From positions 839 through 64,838 of the forward strand of contig CAIKXY010000005.1 of NCBI GenBank assembly GCA_903831595.1: a stretch of DNA of 64,000 nucleotides. Reading direction: 5' to 3'. Shown here one piece after another: positions 54,371 through 64,000 of this stretch (position 1 is its first letter; each line of letters begins with the position of its first letter). A program made the translations under genes and the position numbers. The notes under the pieces were generated by a model. That model was not told the origin of the DNA and ran no database searches. It saw only the letters and a list, made by a program, of their open reading frames with translations. Source of the DNA: an uncultured bacterium (lineage in GTDB: Bacteria; Patescibacteriota; Minisyncoccia; Phycocordibacterales; GWA1-40-21).

Positions 54371-55249
54371 ATGAAAACAAATAAATTAAGAATCGCATTA
54401 CCAGCTGGAAGTTTAAAAGAATCTACTTTTGAGTTTCTAAAAAAAGCTGGTTACAAAATAAGTGTTAGTGAAAGATCATATTTTCCGATAATAGATGATG
54501 TAGAAATTGAATGTATGCTTATTCGAGCACAAGAAATTTCTAGATATGTTGAAGCGGGAAAATTCGATGTCGGCATTACTGGAAAAGATTGGATATTAGA
54601 AAATGGTAGTGATGTTAAAGAAATAGCTGAATTAAAATACTCTAAAAAGAGTATGAATCCGGCAAGTCTTGTTATTGCTGTACCTGAAGCATCAAAAATA
54701 AATAATATTAATAATTTAAATGGCAAAACAATAGCAACAGAACTTGTAAATGTCACGAATAAATTCCTAAAAGAAAACAATATAAAAGCCGATGTAGAAT
54801 TTTCTTGGGGTGCGACAGAGGCAAAAACTCCATATTTAGTAGACGCAATCGCAGAGCTTTCAGAAAGTGGTGCATCTTTAAAAGCCAATAGATTGAAGGT
54901 AATCGGTACGGTTATGCAATCAACTACAAGAATAATTGCAAACAAATCAAGTTATAAAGATAATTGGAAAAGACAAAAAATCGATACATTTGCAGCATTG
55001 ATTAAAAGTGCCCTTGATGCTGAAAGTATGGTTGGATTAAAAATGAATGCTCCAAAAAATATGATTAGTAAAATTATTGATTCAATTTCTTCATTAAGAA
55101 AACCTACCGTTTCAAATTTATCTGATGAAAAATGGTGTTCAATTGAAACGATTCTTTCGGAAGAAAATGTTAGAAATATTATTCCAATAGTTAAAAAACT
55201 TGGTGCAGAAGGAATAGTTGAGTATCCAATTAATAAAATAATATATTAA
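54371..55249 (+). CDS. hisG: ATP phosphoribosyltransferase, long form (HisG)
   Basis: [23 protein letters not shown]...[12 protein letters not shown]...; 292 aa, consistent with the long form carrying a C-terminal regulatory domain. Confidence 0.75.
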   Translation: MKTNKLRIALPAGSLKESTFEFLKKAGYKISVSERSYFPIIDDVEIECMLIRAQEISRYVEAGKFDVGITGKDWILENGSDVKEIAELKYSKKSMNPASLVIAVPEASKINNINNLNGKTIATELVNVTNKFLKENNIKADVEFSWGATEAKTPYLVDAIAELSESGASLKANRLKVIGTVMQSTTRIIANKSSYKDNWKRQKIDTFAALIKSALDAESMVGLKMNAPKNMISKIIDSISSLRKPTVSNLSDEKWCSIETILSEENVRNIIPIVKKLGAEGIVEYPINKIIY

Positions 55250-55251
55250 TT

Positions 55252-55581
55252 ATGAAAATTAAACCAAACTTTAAAAAAAGAAACGGATTAGTGCCAGTAA
55301 CTACACAAGATGCTAAAAGTGGAGAAGTACTTATGCTGGCTTATGCAGACCAAATGGCATACAAAATGACTATTAAAACAGGCCTTGCTACATACTATTC
55401 AACTTCACGAAATGAAATATGGGTAAAAGGAAAAACAAGTGGTGATATCCAAATTGTAAAAGAAGTTCTTATAGATTGTGATGAGGATGCTTTGCTATAT
55501 AAAGTTTGCCAAAAAGGAAAAGGTGCCTGTCACACAGGAAATAGGTCGTGTTTTTTTAGAAACTTAAAAAATAATAAATAA
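55252..55581 (+). CDS. hisI: Phosphoribosyl-AMP cyclohydrolase (HisI)
   Basis: [59 protein letters not shown]...[10 protein letters not shown] matches the HisI metal-binding Cys/His cluster. Confidence 0.75.
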   Translation: MKIKPNFKKRNGLVPVTTQDAKSGEVLMLAYADQMAYKMTIKTGLATYYSTSRNEIWVKGKTSGDIQIVKEVLIDCDEDALLYKVCQKGKGACHTGNRSCFFRNLKNNK

Positions 55582-55582
55582 T

Positions 55583-56131
55583 ATGAAAAATATAAGAAAA
55601 TATCAGATAGGTGTAATGGGTTCGGCCGCGGACTTAAATTATTCAAAAGAATTAGAACAAATAGCATATGATGTAGGCAAGGAAATTGCTCTATCAGGAA
55701 ATATCACCGTCTATGGTGCCGAAAAAGATTACGATTCTCTTTCCACCGCCGCTTCAAGAGGCGCAAAAAGTGCCAATGGTATTACTGTTGGTGTAACTTA
55801 TGGAAAAGGAAAAGATATTTGGGATAAAGATGGAAATACGGATATTCTTGTTTCAACTGGTATGGATAGAGGAGGAGGAAGGGAATTTGTTCTTGTGAAT
55901 TCTTGCGATGCAATAATTGCAGTGTCTGGCGGTTCGGGCACTTTAACTGAAATTGCAATTGCATACCAGTCAAATATTCCTACTGTTGTAATTGGTGGCA
56001 CTGGAGGTTGGGCTGATAAACTTGCTGATACATATCTAGATAATAGAAAAAGGTTATTAAATATCAAAGCAAATAATGCAAAAGAAGCGGTAGGGAAAGT
56101 ATTGAAAGAAATAAAAATAGTCGAGAAATGA
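55583..56131 (+). CDS. LOG-family / TIGR00725-type Rossmann-fold protein (putative nucleotide phosphoribohydrolase)
   Basis: GGGREFVLVNSCDAIIAVSGGSGTLTEIAIA (PGGxGTxxE motif); 182 aa. Confidence 0.65.
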   Translation: MKNIRKYQIGVMGSAADLNYSKELEQIAYDVGKEIALSGNITVYGAEKDYDSLSTAASRGAKSANGITVGVTYGKGKDIWDKDGNTDILVSTGMDRGGGREFVLVNSCDAIIAVSGGSGTLTEIAIAYQSNIPTVVIGGTGGWADKLADTYLDNRKRLLNIKANNAKEAVGKVLKEIKIVEK

Positions 56132-56155
56132 TTAATTGTACAGATAACTTTATTA

Positions 56156-57523
56156 ATGTATAATTTTATCAATTGTAAAAACAAAAAAATGACTAAACAA
56201 AAATATATAAATCCAGAACTAGAAAGCGGTTTCAGAGATTATTTGCCAGAGGAAATGATTGTTCGCCAAATGATGTGCGACAAAGTTCGTGCAATTTTTG
56301 AACGCTTTGGTTTTCTGCCTTTGGATACTCCTGGTATAGAAAAAGAGGAGGTTTTGACAGGTGGTGATGCCAATTTTACCAAGCAGATTTTTCGTGCTGG
56401 CCTAAAAGGAGGTAATGAAAATTTGGCCCTAAGATTTGACCTTACAGTGCCACTCGCCAGAGTTGTATCTCTATATCAAGACAAGCTCCCAAGGCCATTT
56501 AAGCGCTATCAGATGGGTAAATGCTGGAGGGGTGAGCGACCACAAGCTGGCCGTTTTCGAGAATTTATGCAATTTGATGCCGATATTGTTGGCTCAGCAA
56601 GAATGAGTGCAGACGCCGAAATTATTTCACTTATGTATGAAGTAATGACCGAGCTTGGTCTAAAAAACTTTTTGATCAGAATAAATAATCGCAAAATCCT
56701 AAATGGGCTAAGCGACTTTATTGGTTATGATAGTAAATCAAATGCTGATGTTTTACGCATTATTGATAAACTTGAAAAAATTGAGTGGGACGGTGTTGTA
56801 AAAGAATTGAAAGAAGTTGTGAAGCTTGATGATAGTCAGATAAATAAGCTCAAACAATTTTTGGATTTGCGTGAGCTATCATCTGCAGAAATAATAAATA
56901 AAATTTCTCAATTAATGAGCAATTCAATCGTGGCGATGGAAGGAATAAATGAATTAGTTGAAATGACAAAAAATATTTCAGCTCTTGGCGTGCCAGAACA
57001 GTCTTGGAAAATAGATCTTTCGATAGCACGCGGACTCGGCTATTATACTGCAACAGTTTTTGAAACAATTCTTACAGATTTACCATCCATAGGCAGTGTT
57101 TTCTCAGGTGGAAGATACGATGATTTAGTTTCAAGATTTAGTGCCCAAAATATTCCAGCTGTAGGGGCTTCTGTGGGTGTAGATAGATTATTCGTTGCTA
57201 TGGAAAAGCTTCGACTTATAAAAAAGAGTAAAACTTTTGTAAAAGCTGTAGTTCTCAATTTTGATAAAGAAGCTGAAGATTATTGTCAAAAAATAGTTAC
57301 GATGTTGAGAAAAAATAATATTGATTCAGAAATTTATTTAGGAAAAGAAGTAAATTTAAAAGGCCAATTGTCATACGCTTTAACTCAAGAAATCCCGGTC
57401 GTTTTGATAGCAGGGGATAAAGAAAAACAAACCAACACTGTGCAGATAAAAAATGTTGTATCTCGAGAACAAAAGGAAGTTCATTTTGAAGATGTAGTAA
57501 AGATTGTAGAAAAATTAATATAA
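56156..57523 (+). CDS. hisS: Histidyl-tRNA synthetase
   Basis: Class II motifs LRFDLTVPLAR, RYQMGKCWRGERPQAGRFREFMQFDADI, GGRYDDLVS; C-terminal anticodon-binding domain; 455 aa. Confidence 0.85.
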   Translation: MYNFINCKNKKMTKQKYINPELESGFRDYLPEEMIVRQMMCDKVRAIFERFGFLPLDTPGIEKEEVLTGGDANFTKQIFRAGLKGGNENLALRFDLTVPLARVVSLYQDKLPRPFKRYQMGKCWRGERPQAGRFREFMQFDADIVGSARMSADAEIISLMYEVMTELGLKNFLIRINNRKILNGLSDFIGYDSKSNADVLRIIDKLEKIEWDGVVKELKEVVKLDDSQINKLKQFLDLRELSSAEIINKISQLMSNSIVAMEGINELVEMTKNISALGVPEQSWKIDLSIARGLGYYTATVFETILTDLPSIGSVFSGGRYDDLVSRFSAQNIPAVGASVGVDRLFVAMEKLRLIKKSKTFVKAVVLNFDKEAEDYCQKIVTMLRKNNIDSEIYLGKEVNLKGQLSYALTQEIPVVLIAGDKEKQTNTVQIKNVVSREQKEVHFEDVVKIVEKLI

Positions 57524-57527
57524 ATAC

Positions 57528-58229
57528 ATGGTAAATAAAGATTCTCAGGTTGTTACATTTGTTATTGATAAAGAAATAGACATTAAGAACCACTTTATTG
57601 CTCTCAATGCTTATAAGCAAGCTAAGGGGCGTGGAATTATTTATAACAAAGAAGATATTTCAGAGGCTCTTTTGTTATTAAAATCAGATGATGAAATTAG
57701 GATTCAGATTGAAAAAACGATTGAACAGTATTATAAGCAAGATAAGAAACTCCAATCTCTTGCTGATGATATAAATAAGGAGTGGATAAAAATTGAAAAG
57801 GACGTTATACAAAAATTAGAAGGAATACATAAATTTCCTTTTCCATATAAATCGGTAAAAGGTGTTTTATCTTCAGCAAATAGTTACGGATACAATACTC
57901 AAGAATGCTGGTTTGCTACGAGTATGCGCGGTAACAAGTTTCTTTGCATTGATGTTGCCACACATGAGCTTATGCATTTTATGTTCCATAAATATTATGA
58001 AAAAATTTGTTACGACAAAGGACTAAATAAAGATCAGATTTGGCACGTAAAAGAATCATTTTCTGTTTTATTAAATATTGAATTCAAAGAGTTTAGATTT
58101 CAAAGTGATAATGGTAAAAATTCACCTACACACATTAAATTAAGGGAAATAATAAAAAATTCTTGGGAGAAATGTAACGATTTTAGTAAGTGTCTGGATG
58201 AGGCAATTGCCTATATAAAAAATAATTAA
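57528..58229 (+). CDS. Hypothetical protein with HExxH motif
   Basis: VATHELMHFMFHKYY; 233 aa; no family recognised. Confidence 0.3.
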   Translation: MVNKDSQVVTFVIDKEIDIKNHFIALNAYKQAKGRGIIYNKEDISEALLLLKSDDEIRIQIEKTIEQYYKQDKKLQSLADDINKEWIKIEKDVIQKLEGIHKFPFPYKSVKGVLSSANSYGYNTQECWFATSMRGNKFLCIDVATHELMHFMFHKYYEKICYDKGLNKDQIWHVKESFSVLLNIEFKEFRFQSDNGKNSPTHIKLREIIKNSWEKCNDFSKCLDEAIAYIKNN

Positions 58230-58334
58230 ATAATAAACGAAGCCCTCTTTCGTTTTTTTATCGGTGTTTATTATTAGTTTTACTTTGACTAGCGTTATTA
58301 AATAAGATATATTTTAAAATGTAATTATCAAATA

Positions 58335-59792
58335 ATGAAAAAGGAAAAACCAACGATAATGATATACAGCTCCCTTACAAGGAAGAAGGAACCATTTTTT
58401 TCTATTGTTGATGGTGAATTAAAAATGTATGCTTGTGGCATAACTCCATATGATGAAATTCATATAGGACATGCTAGACAGGCCGTTATTTACGATATTA
58501 TAAGATTATATTATGAGTATCTCGGTTATAAAGTTAAATATGTAAGGAATTTTACTGATATTGATGACAAGATCATCAAAAGAGCAAATGATGAAGGAAA
58601 GGAAAGCTCTCAAATTTGTGAGTTTTATATCAAAGAAAATTATAAAGATTTGGAGTTACTTAAAGTGGGAAAGGCTACTTATGAACCAAAAGTTACTGAA
58701 TGTATTAATGATATTATTGAATATATACAAAAACTAATAAGTAAAGAGTTCGCGTATGTAAATAATGGTGAGGTCTTTTTTAGTGTTGAGAAATTTGCCA
58801 AGTATGGTCAACTTTCAAACCGAAAAAAGGATGAGTTAATTAATTCAGAAGATTCACCAAACAAGAGAAGTAATAATGATTTTGTTTTATGGAAACCAAA
58901 TAAAATAGGTGAACCTTATTGGGAATCTCCATGGTCAAAAGGTAGACCCGGATGGCATATTGAATGTTCGGTTATGGCAAATAAGTATCTTGGTGACGAA
59001 ATTGATATTCATGGTGGTGGTATTGATCTTATCTTTCCACACCATGAAAATGAAATTGCCCAAAGCGAGGCATATTCAGGGAAAAAATTTGCTAGATACT
59101 GGGTGCACAATGGTTTAGTAATGATAAATGGAACTAAAATGAGTAAAAGTTTGGGCAATTTTCTAACAGTTAAAGATGCATTAAAAGAGTATTTTCCAGA
59201 GGAAATTCGTTATGCGATCTTGACTCACAATTATGGCTCAAATATTGATTTTTCCAAAGATTTGTTTTTGAATGCTCGTAAGAGAATGTATTATTTTTAC
59301 ATCACACTTTTAAATATGTACAAAATTATTGAGAGTACTGACGAGGAAATAAGTAGCAATTTTGTTCCTGAGATGGCAGATCTTGAGAAAAAATTTGTAG
59401 AGTTTATGAATGATAATTTTAATACTCCTAAAGTAATTGCAGAAATAACGAATATTTTTAAAGAATTAAATAAAATTATACACTCTAATAAAATTATTTT
59501 AGGAGAGAAGAAAGGTATTTTTAAGTCATTTTTAAAAAACCTTCACCCTATTTCTAAAGTTTTAAGACTTTTTGAGGAAGATCCAAGAAGATATCTCACA
59601 AGATTTAATGATAAAATTCTTAAAGATAGAAATTTAAATGAAAACTATCTTAACTCTAAATTGAAAGATTATCTATCTGCTAAATTAGTTAAAGATTACA
59701 GTAAAACCGATAATATAAAGGACGAACTAAAACTCCATGGAATTTCTGTTCAAGATTCATCTGAATCAGTCAGTTGGGAATTTATTTTTTAA
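58335..59792 (+). CDS. cysS: Cysteinyl-tRNA synthetase
   Basis: HIGH (ITPYDEIHIGHARQ), KMSKS (TKMSKSLGN), Zn ligands (C..H..C), CysRS anticodon-binding domain; 485 aa. Confidence 0.9.
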   Translation: MKKEKPTIMIYSSLTRKKEPFFSIVDGELKMYACGITPYDEIHIGHARQAVIYDIIRLYYEYLGYKVKYVRNFTDIDDKIIKRANDEGKESSQICEFYIKENYKDLELLKVGKATYEPKVTECINDIIEYIQKLISKEFAYVNNGEVFFSVEKFAKYGQLSNRKKDELINSEDSPNKRSNNDFVLWKPNKIGEPYWESPWSKGRPGWHIECSVMANKYLGDEIDIHGGGIDLIFPHHENEIAQSEAYSGKKFARYWVHNGLVMINGTKMSKSLGNFLTVKDALKEYFPEEIRYAILTHNYGSNIDFSKDLFLNARKRMYYFYITLLNMYKIIESTDEEISSNFVPEMADLEKKFVEFMNDNFNTPKVIAEITNIFKELNKIIHSNKIILGEKKGIFKSFLKNLHPISKVLRLFEEDPRRYLTRFNDKILKDRNLNENYLNSKLKDYLSAKLVKDYSKTDNIKDELKLHGISVQDSSESVSWEFIF

Positions 59793-59872
59793 TTAGAATT
59801 GCTCTAAGCCTGCTATTGAAAGATAGCGGGTTTTTTACTTGTTTTATGATAATATTATGTATAATAATAAAT

Positions 59873-60460
59873 ATGAAAATTGAGAAAAATATTGAGGTGG
59901 AATTGAGAGCTTTGATAGATGAAGAACAATTTATTGAATTAAATTGTTTTTTAGCAAAGAATGGAAAATATTTAGGTGAGGATCACAAAGATTCGCACTT
60001 TTTTATTTTGCCTGACAAATTGCTAAAAGTTACGGACAATATTTCGAAAAATAACGCAAAAATATCATTAAAACTTCAAAAAATTGGCCTTGGAAGTGAT
60101 TTTGAGGAGATTGATGTAAACTTTTATCGTGAAGATGCCGACAAGATTATAAAAATATTTAAACTCCTTGGTTTTACAAACCATATGTATTCTTATCAAA
60201 ATCGACATAATTATTTGTATAAGAATATAGAATTTGCAATTAAGTACACTCAAAGTTGGGGTTTCCACTGCGAAATGGAAATAATGGTAAATAGTAAGAA
60301 AGAGGTTCCTAATGCATTAAAAGAAATGGGAGTAGTGGCTAAGGAACTAGGTTTAAAGATAATGTCTGATGATGAATTGAAGGTGTTTATTGAAAAAATT
60401 CGAGCTGGTTGGAATAGGGGCGCATACACAAAGGAGGAAATAAAAAGTAAGAAGCTGTAA
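59873..60460 (+). CDS. Hypothetical protein, possibly a CYTH-like domain (start re-called to MKIEKNIEVELRA)
   Basis: N-terminal IEVELRALI resembles the CYTH ExExK/R motif. The track ORF 59774..60460 begins inside the cysS 3' end. Confidence 0.3.
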   Translation: MKIEKNIEVELRALIDEEQFIELNCFLAKNGKYLGEDHKDSHFFILPDKLLKVTDNISKNNAKISLKLQKIGLGSDFEEIDVNFYREDADKIIKIFKLLGFTNHMYSYQNRHNYLYKNIEFAIKYTQSWGFHCEMEIMVNSKKEVPNALKEMGVVAKELGLKIMSDDELKVFIEKIRAGWNRGAYTKEEIKSKKL

Positions 60461-60512
60461 ATAACGAAGGGGAATCCTCATAGTTTCGGCATATTCCATA
60501 GGGATTGACAAA

Positions 60513-60547
60513 ATCATAAAAAAGGTATATAATTGTAAGTAGATTAA
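60513..60547 (+). promoter_or_regulatory. Perfect consensus sigma70 promoter (TTGACA-17-TATAAT) followed by a 5'-UTR hairpin
   Basis: ttgacaaaatcataaaaaaggtatataat, then GGCCGGTCacagGACCGG and the RBS AAAGGGGG before the ATG at 60631. Confidence 0.45.
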
Positions 60548-60630
60548 AAAGGGGCCGGTCACAGGACCGGTTTGTTGTTTAACAAGAAGTAAAAATACAA
60601 AAAATTCTCTAAAAGAGAAAGGGGGCGAAA

Positions 60631-61266
60631 ATGGATATTCAGAGCATTCTGAAAACTCTGTTCTGGATACTTATCGTCTCCGGAACGGTGTACTACTTCA
60701 CCAAGTCAATTAGGAAGCTTTTGGTGGTTGCCGGAGGGTTTACCGCATTCGAATCATGGAATGCTTTCCTAGACCTTGGTGTATGGCCAATCGTTCAGGG
60801 CTTATTTGGAATTTTTGGTGCACTTGGTATGATAATATTAACGTCAATCGGAAATTTTATCATACTCAAGCTGTATCAAAAGTCTAAAGAAGACTGGTTG
60901 GGCATTACCATAATAGACGATGTGGTGAAAAAGGGTTTAGAAGTTCGGCGAGTTTATAAGACAAATAGTGGTTCAAAAAAACTACTCTATGTCATGCCGG
61001 CTTTTGGATTCTGGGTAGTAGAGAAAATAATTAGTGTACGGTTAATTCCGTTTATTATTCTCTCTATCTACGATTCTTTCGTTGCAACTGCTTATTACTT
61101 GCAGCGGGAGAACGGCACAGTCAAAGTTGTACTCAAAAAGAAAGATTACTTAGTTTTTATTTTGAGTACGATATTGAGCTGTGAGGTGTGGGCACTCGCA
61201 ATTGAGTGGCTTACACTCCCAGCATTCAAGAATGTCTGGGGTATTTTTACAAAAATATTTAGTTAA
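60631..61266 (+). CDS. Hypothetical integral membrane protein (GC-richer than surroundings)
   Basis: 211 aa, ~5 TM; followed by terminator aaagggcgggaggattaattatcttcacgcccttt (61267-61305). Confidence 0.4.
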   Translation: MDIQSILKTLFWILIVSGTVYYFTKSIRKLLVVAGGFTAFESWNAFLDLGVWPIVQGLFGIFGALGMIILTSIGNFIILKLYQKSKEDWLGITIIDDVVKKGLEVRRVYKTNSGSKKLLYVMPAFGFWVVEKIISVRLIPFIILSIYDSFVATAYYLQRENGTVKVVLKKKDYLVFILSTILSCEVWALAIEWLTLPAFKNVWGIFTKIFS

Positions 61267-61338
61267 AAAGGGCGGGAGGATTAATTATCTTCACGCCCTT
61301 TGTTTTTTTCTATTTTATAGCTATAATTAAAGCTAATT

Positions 61339-62094
61339 ATGACCATAGACGATATATACACGCCAATAAACGAGGCTAAAAAAGAAATAGAAAAAAGATG
61401 GAATGATGTTGAGCTTAAGAAAAAAGTGTCAGACTATTTAGGAAAAGATTTTCCGGAAGTTTTTAAGAAAGAACCAAGGGCCATTCTGTCTAGAGGTATT
61501 TTAACACCTAATTTTGAAACGAAATATTTTCTTGATATACTTGATATTGTTGATTTAAAGCCGATATGTTTAGAATTTTACGGAGATAAATTTTGTTCTC
61601 AAAATAAAGACAAAATTCATCTTGGAAAACTAGTTTTTTTACATGATAATAAAAAAGGGATTAATGTTACAACCAAAAGGACAATTATTGATTTTAAAAA
61701 ATCTGAAAACAAAATCTTTAAGGAGATAAGAACCTTACAGGACAAAAGCTTTACCGAATTTCACCATAATTTATATATTAGGCAGTATAAAAAACTTTTT
61801 GACATATTTGATATTTCTGTATTTAAAGATAATGGAGAAAGTGCAAAGGAGGTTTACAAAAAAATTTTTGGTCTCTGCTTAGTTAATGGTATTTTATTTG
61901 AAAATTTTATTGCCAAGGAAAATGAACACGAGAAAAAATTTACTGAAAATGTTGTTCTGCCGGCTTTTGAGTTTGTTGTTAGTAAATTTCATGTAAAACC
62001 TTTAGTTGTTCCACTTTTGCCATTAAAAAATGTTGAGAAAGAGGCCTGGGATTGGTATCCTAGTCATTTAGAAAAAGAAATAGATAATTTATAA
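61339..62094 (+). CDS. Hypothetical protein
   Basis: 251-aa ORF with no recognised motif. Confidence 0.35.
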   Translation: MTIDDIYTPINEAKKEIEKRWNDVELKKKVSDYLGKDFPEVFKKEPRAILSRGILTPNFETKYFLDILDIVDLKPICLEFYGDKFCSQNKDKIHLGKLVFLHDNKKGINVTTKRTIIDFKKSENKIFKEIRTLQDKSFTEFHHNLYIRQYKKLFDIFDISVFKDNGESAKEVYKKIFGLCLVNGILFENFIAKENEHEKKFTENVVLPAFEFVVSKFHVKPLVVPLLPLKNVEKEAWDWYPSHLEKEIDNL

Positions 62095-62115
62095 AATAAA
62101 TAATTAAAAATAAAA

Positions 62116-63747
62116 ATGGATCACAATTTAATTACAAATCTTGGCAACTGTGTAACTTCAACTCTAAGTATGCTAAATGGGGATCTTAGAATGTTATATT
62201 ACTCACATATTCCAGTAATTATCATTTCTTTATTTATGGGTTTTTTTGTTTTAATTAAAGGTAAGGGAAAGTTATTGTCTAGGATTTTCTTTTATTTATC
62301 ATTAATGTTTGTAATTTGGTCTGTTTTAGATTTGTTCACATGGCTAGATACAGATACTAGAATAGTGATGTTTACATGGGCTATTGCTGGACTAGTAGAA
62401 CTTCTTTTCTATGTTTTAAGTTTTTATTTAATATATGTATTTATAGAAAAAAAAGATATTTCTTTTAAATATAAAATATTAGGAGGGGTTATTTTATTAC
62501 CCATAATTGTAATGATTCCTACAATATTTAATTTATCAGGATTTAATTTTGATGGGTGCTATGCATTAGAAAGTAACTATTCTGTATATTATAAATATTT
62601 TATTGAAATAATTTTATCTATTTCAATTATAATTTTTTCTTTAATAAAAATTAAGCAAGCAGATAGGGTATTTAGAAAACAGATAACACTTATGTTTACT
62701 GGTATTACTTTATTTTTACTTTCATTTTTTTCTGCAATATTTGTAAGCAATTATTTATCAGATCAAGGAATTTTAACGGGTTTTTCTTTTGAATTTTACG
62801 GTTTATTGGGATCTTTGATTTTTATGATATTTCTTGCTTATCTCATTGTTAAATTCAAAGCTTTTGATATCAAACTTCTTGGTGCACAGGCACTTGTTTG
62901 GTCATCAATAATATTAATCGGTTCACAATTTTTCTTTATACAAAATACGACAAATAAAATTCTTACGGCAATTACACTTGTAATATCTGCAGTTTTAGGT
63001 TTTGTACTAGTTCGTGGTGTAAAAAAAGAGATTGCTTTGCGTGAGCAAGTTCAAGTTGCAAATGATGGGCAGAAAAATCTTATTCACATTATGAACCATC
63101 AGATTAAAGGCTATTTGGGTATTAACAAAAATATTTTTGCGGAACTTTTGACAGATGATTATGGTAAAGTCCCAGAAGAGGCAAAAGATTTGATTGCAAA
63201 GGGTCTTGAAAATTCTGAAGGTGGAGTAAAATACGTTACTGGTATTTTGAAGGGTAATAGTGCAGAAAGCGGTTCACTTGCTTTTGATATGAAGTCAGTT
63301 GATTTCAAAGAAATAGTCTCTGGTGTTGTTGAAAAAATAAAAGGAGCGATTGAAAAGAAGGGTTTGAAACTTAATATTGATATTGCAAATGGCACATATA
63401 ATATTTTAGGTGATACTACCCAACTTGGAGAAGCTGTTAGAAACCTGATAGAGAACTCTATGCACTATACACCAAGTGGAGAAATATCAATTTGTTTGAA
63501 ACAGACTGGTGGAAAAGTCTTTTTGTCTGTAAAAGATACTGGTGTAGGAATAAAAGCAGAAGATAGAAATAAATTGTTTAAAGCAGGGGGAGTGGGTAGC
63601 GAATCTATAAAAATAAATGTAAACAGCTCTGGATACGGTTTGGCTTTTGTAAAAGGTGTTATAGAAAAACATAATGGGAAAGTTTGGTTTGAATCTGCTG
63701 GAGCCGGAAAGGGGAGCACTTTCTTTGTGGAGTTACCGGTGAAATAG
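62116..63747 (+). CDS. Sensor histidine kinase with 7-8 TM N-terminal sensor domain
   Basis: H-box NHQIKGYLGI; N/G1/G2 boxes (NLIENSMHYT, DTGVGI, GYGLAFVKGVIEKHNGKVWFESAGAGKGSTFFVELP); 543 aa. No cognate response regulator adjacent. Confidence 0.8.
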   Translation: MDHNLITNLGNCVTSTLSMLNGDLRMLYYSHIPVIIISLFMGFFVLIKGKGKLLSRIFFYLSLMFVIWSVLDLFTWLDTDTRIVMFTWAIAGLVELLFYVLSFYLIYVFIEKKDISFKYKILGGVILLPIIVMIPTIFNLSGFNFDGCYALESNYSVYYKYFIEIILSISIIIFSLIKIKQADRVFRKQITLMFTGITLFLLSFFSAIFVSNYLSDQGILTGFSFEFYGLLGSLIFMIFLAYLIVKFKAFDIKLLGAQALVWSSIILIGSQFFFIQNTTNKILTAITLVISAVLGFVLVRGVKKEIALREQVQVANDGQKNLIHIMNHQIKGYLGINKNIFAELLTDDYGKVPEEAKDLIAKGLENSEGGVKYVTGILKGNSAESGSLAFDMKSVDFKEIVSGVVEKIKGAIEKKGLKLNIDIANGTYNILGDTTQLGEAVRNLIENSMHYTPSGEISICLKQTGGKVFLSVKDTGVGIKAEDRNKLFKAGGVGSESIKINVNSSGYGLAFVKGVIEKHNGKVWFESAGAGKGSTFFVELPVK

Positions 63748-63763
63748 GAAATAGTTTAAAAGT

Positions 63764-63803
63764 TCACCCTGTTAAATAGAATTCAAATTTAACAGGGTAA
63801 AAG
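63764..63803. terminator. Terminator hairpin
   Basis: ttcaccctgttaaatagaattcaaatttaacagggtaaaa (12-bp stem). Confidence 0.45.
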
Positions 63804-63837
63804 TTATAAAGTTGAAAGAAAGAATAGATAAAACATA

Positions 63838-64000
63838 ATGGAAAAAATAAAACCAGAAGATTTTCAAAAAGACGGCTTAGTAATAGAATCTGATAGGGTT
63901 TTGATTTATTCAAAAATGGTATGCCCTTTGGATTGCAAGTATTGTTTTGCTGGAGATTTAAACAGCAATAAAAATAATGATAATGTATATTTATCTTCAA
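63838..64000 (+). CDS. Radical-SAM-like protein, N-terminal fragment (runs off the window end)
   Basis: MEKIKPEDFQKDGLVIESDRVLIYSKMVCPLDCKYCFAG...: CxxxCxxC (CPLDCKYC) cluster typical of the radical SAM 4Fe-4S site. The minus-strand track ORF 63764..64000 is probably spurious. Confidence 0.4.
   Translation, partial: MEKIKPEDFQKDGLVIESDRVLIYSKMVCPLDCKYCFAGDLNSNKNNDNVYLSS

Overview
This 64-kb window looks like a piece of a small, low-GC (~30-35% by eye) bacterial chromosome. The gene content suggests a reduced genome of the Patescibacteria/CPR kind; that is an inference from content, not a database hit. Most of it is housekeeping: rplT-rpmI-infC, smpB with a tmRNA gene directly downstream, ftsH, recG, murD, ligA, gatC/gatA, prfB-ftsE-ftsX, hisS, cysS, and at least nine tRNA genes in three clusters. 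A large type IV pilus locus (pilM-N-O, pilB, a CheY-like receiver, pilT, pilC, major pilin, pilD, several minor pilins, a Big_2 lipoprotein, a PilX-like protein) spans ~22.5-36.2 kb. The parts worth a second look are these. (i) A CsoR-type copper-repressor module whose perfect operator palindrome sits in its own promoter; it is followed by a Cys-rich membrane protein and an unannotated 44-aa Cys-X-Cys metallothionein-like ORF. (ii) A ~4.1-kb insertion flanked by 35-bp perfect direct repeats copied from the 3' end of comFC; its only cargo is a 1290-aa protein with C-terminal GNAT acetyltransferase modules. (iii) Several GC-rich, highly structured non-coding segments and partial tRNA duplications next to tRNA genes: a possible RNase P RNA, a 20-bp repeat bracketing a 114-nt GC-rich insert after tRNA-Thr, and pseudo-tRNA debris after tRNA-Asp. 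(iv) A GC-rich two-gene block upstream of smpB-ssrA. (v) Oddities such as a single-domain asparaginase-like ORF inside gatC-gatA, a tRNA-Ile with a UAU anticodon, an initiator-like tRNA with a non-canonical T-loop, a compact RF2 with no frameshift site, and a hisG-hisI-LOG-hisS cluster with no other his genes. All coordinates I derived by hand (RNAs, hairpins, repeats, re-called starts) are approximate to about +/-2 nt. In two places (smpB stop, Nudix start) my manual indexing differed by 1 nt from the ORF track.
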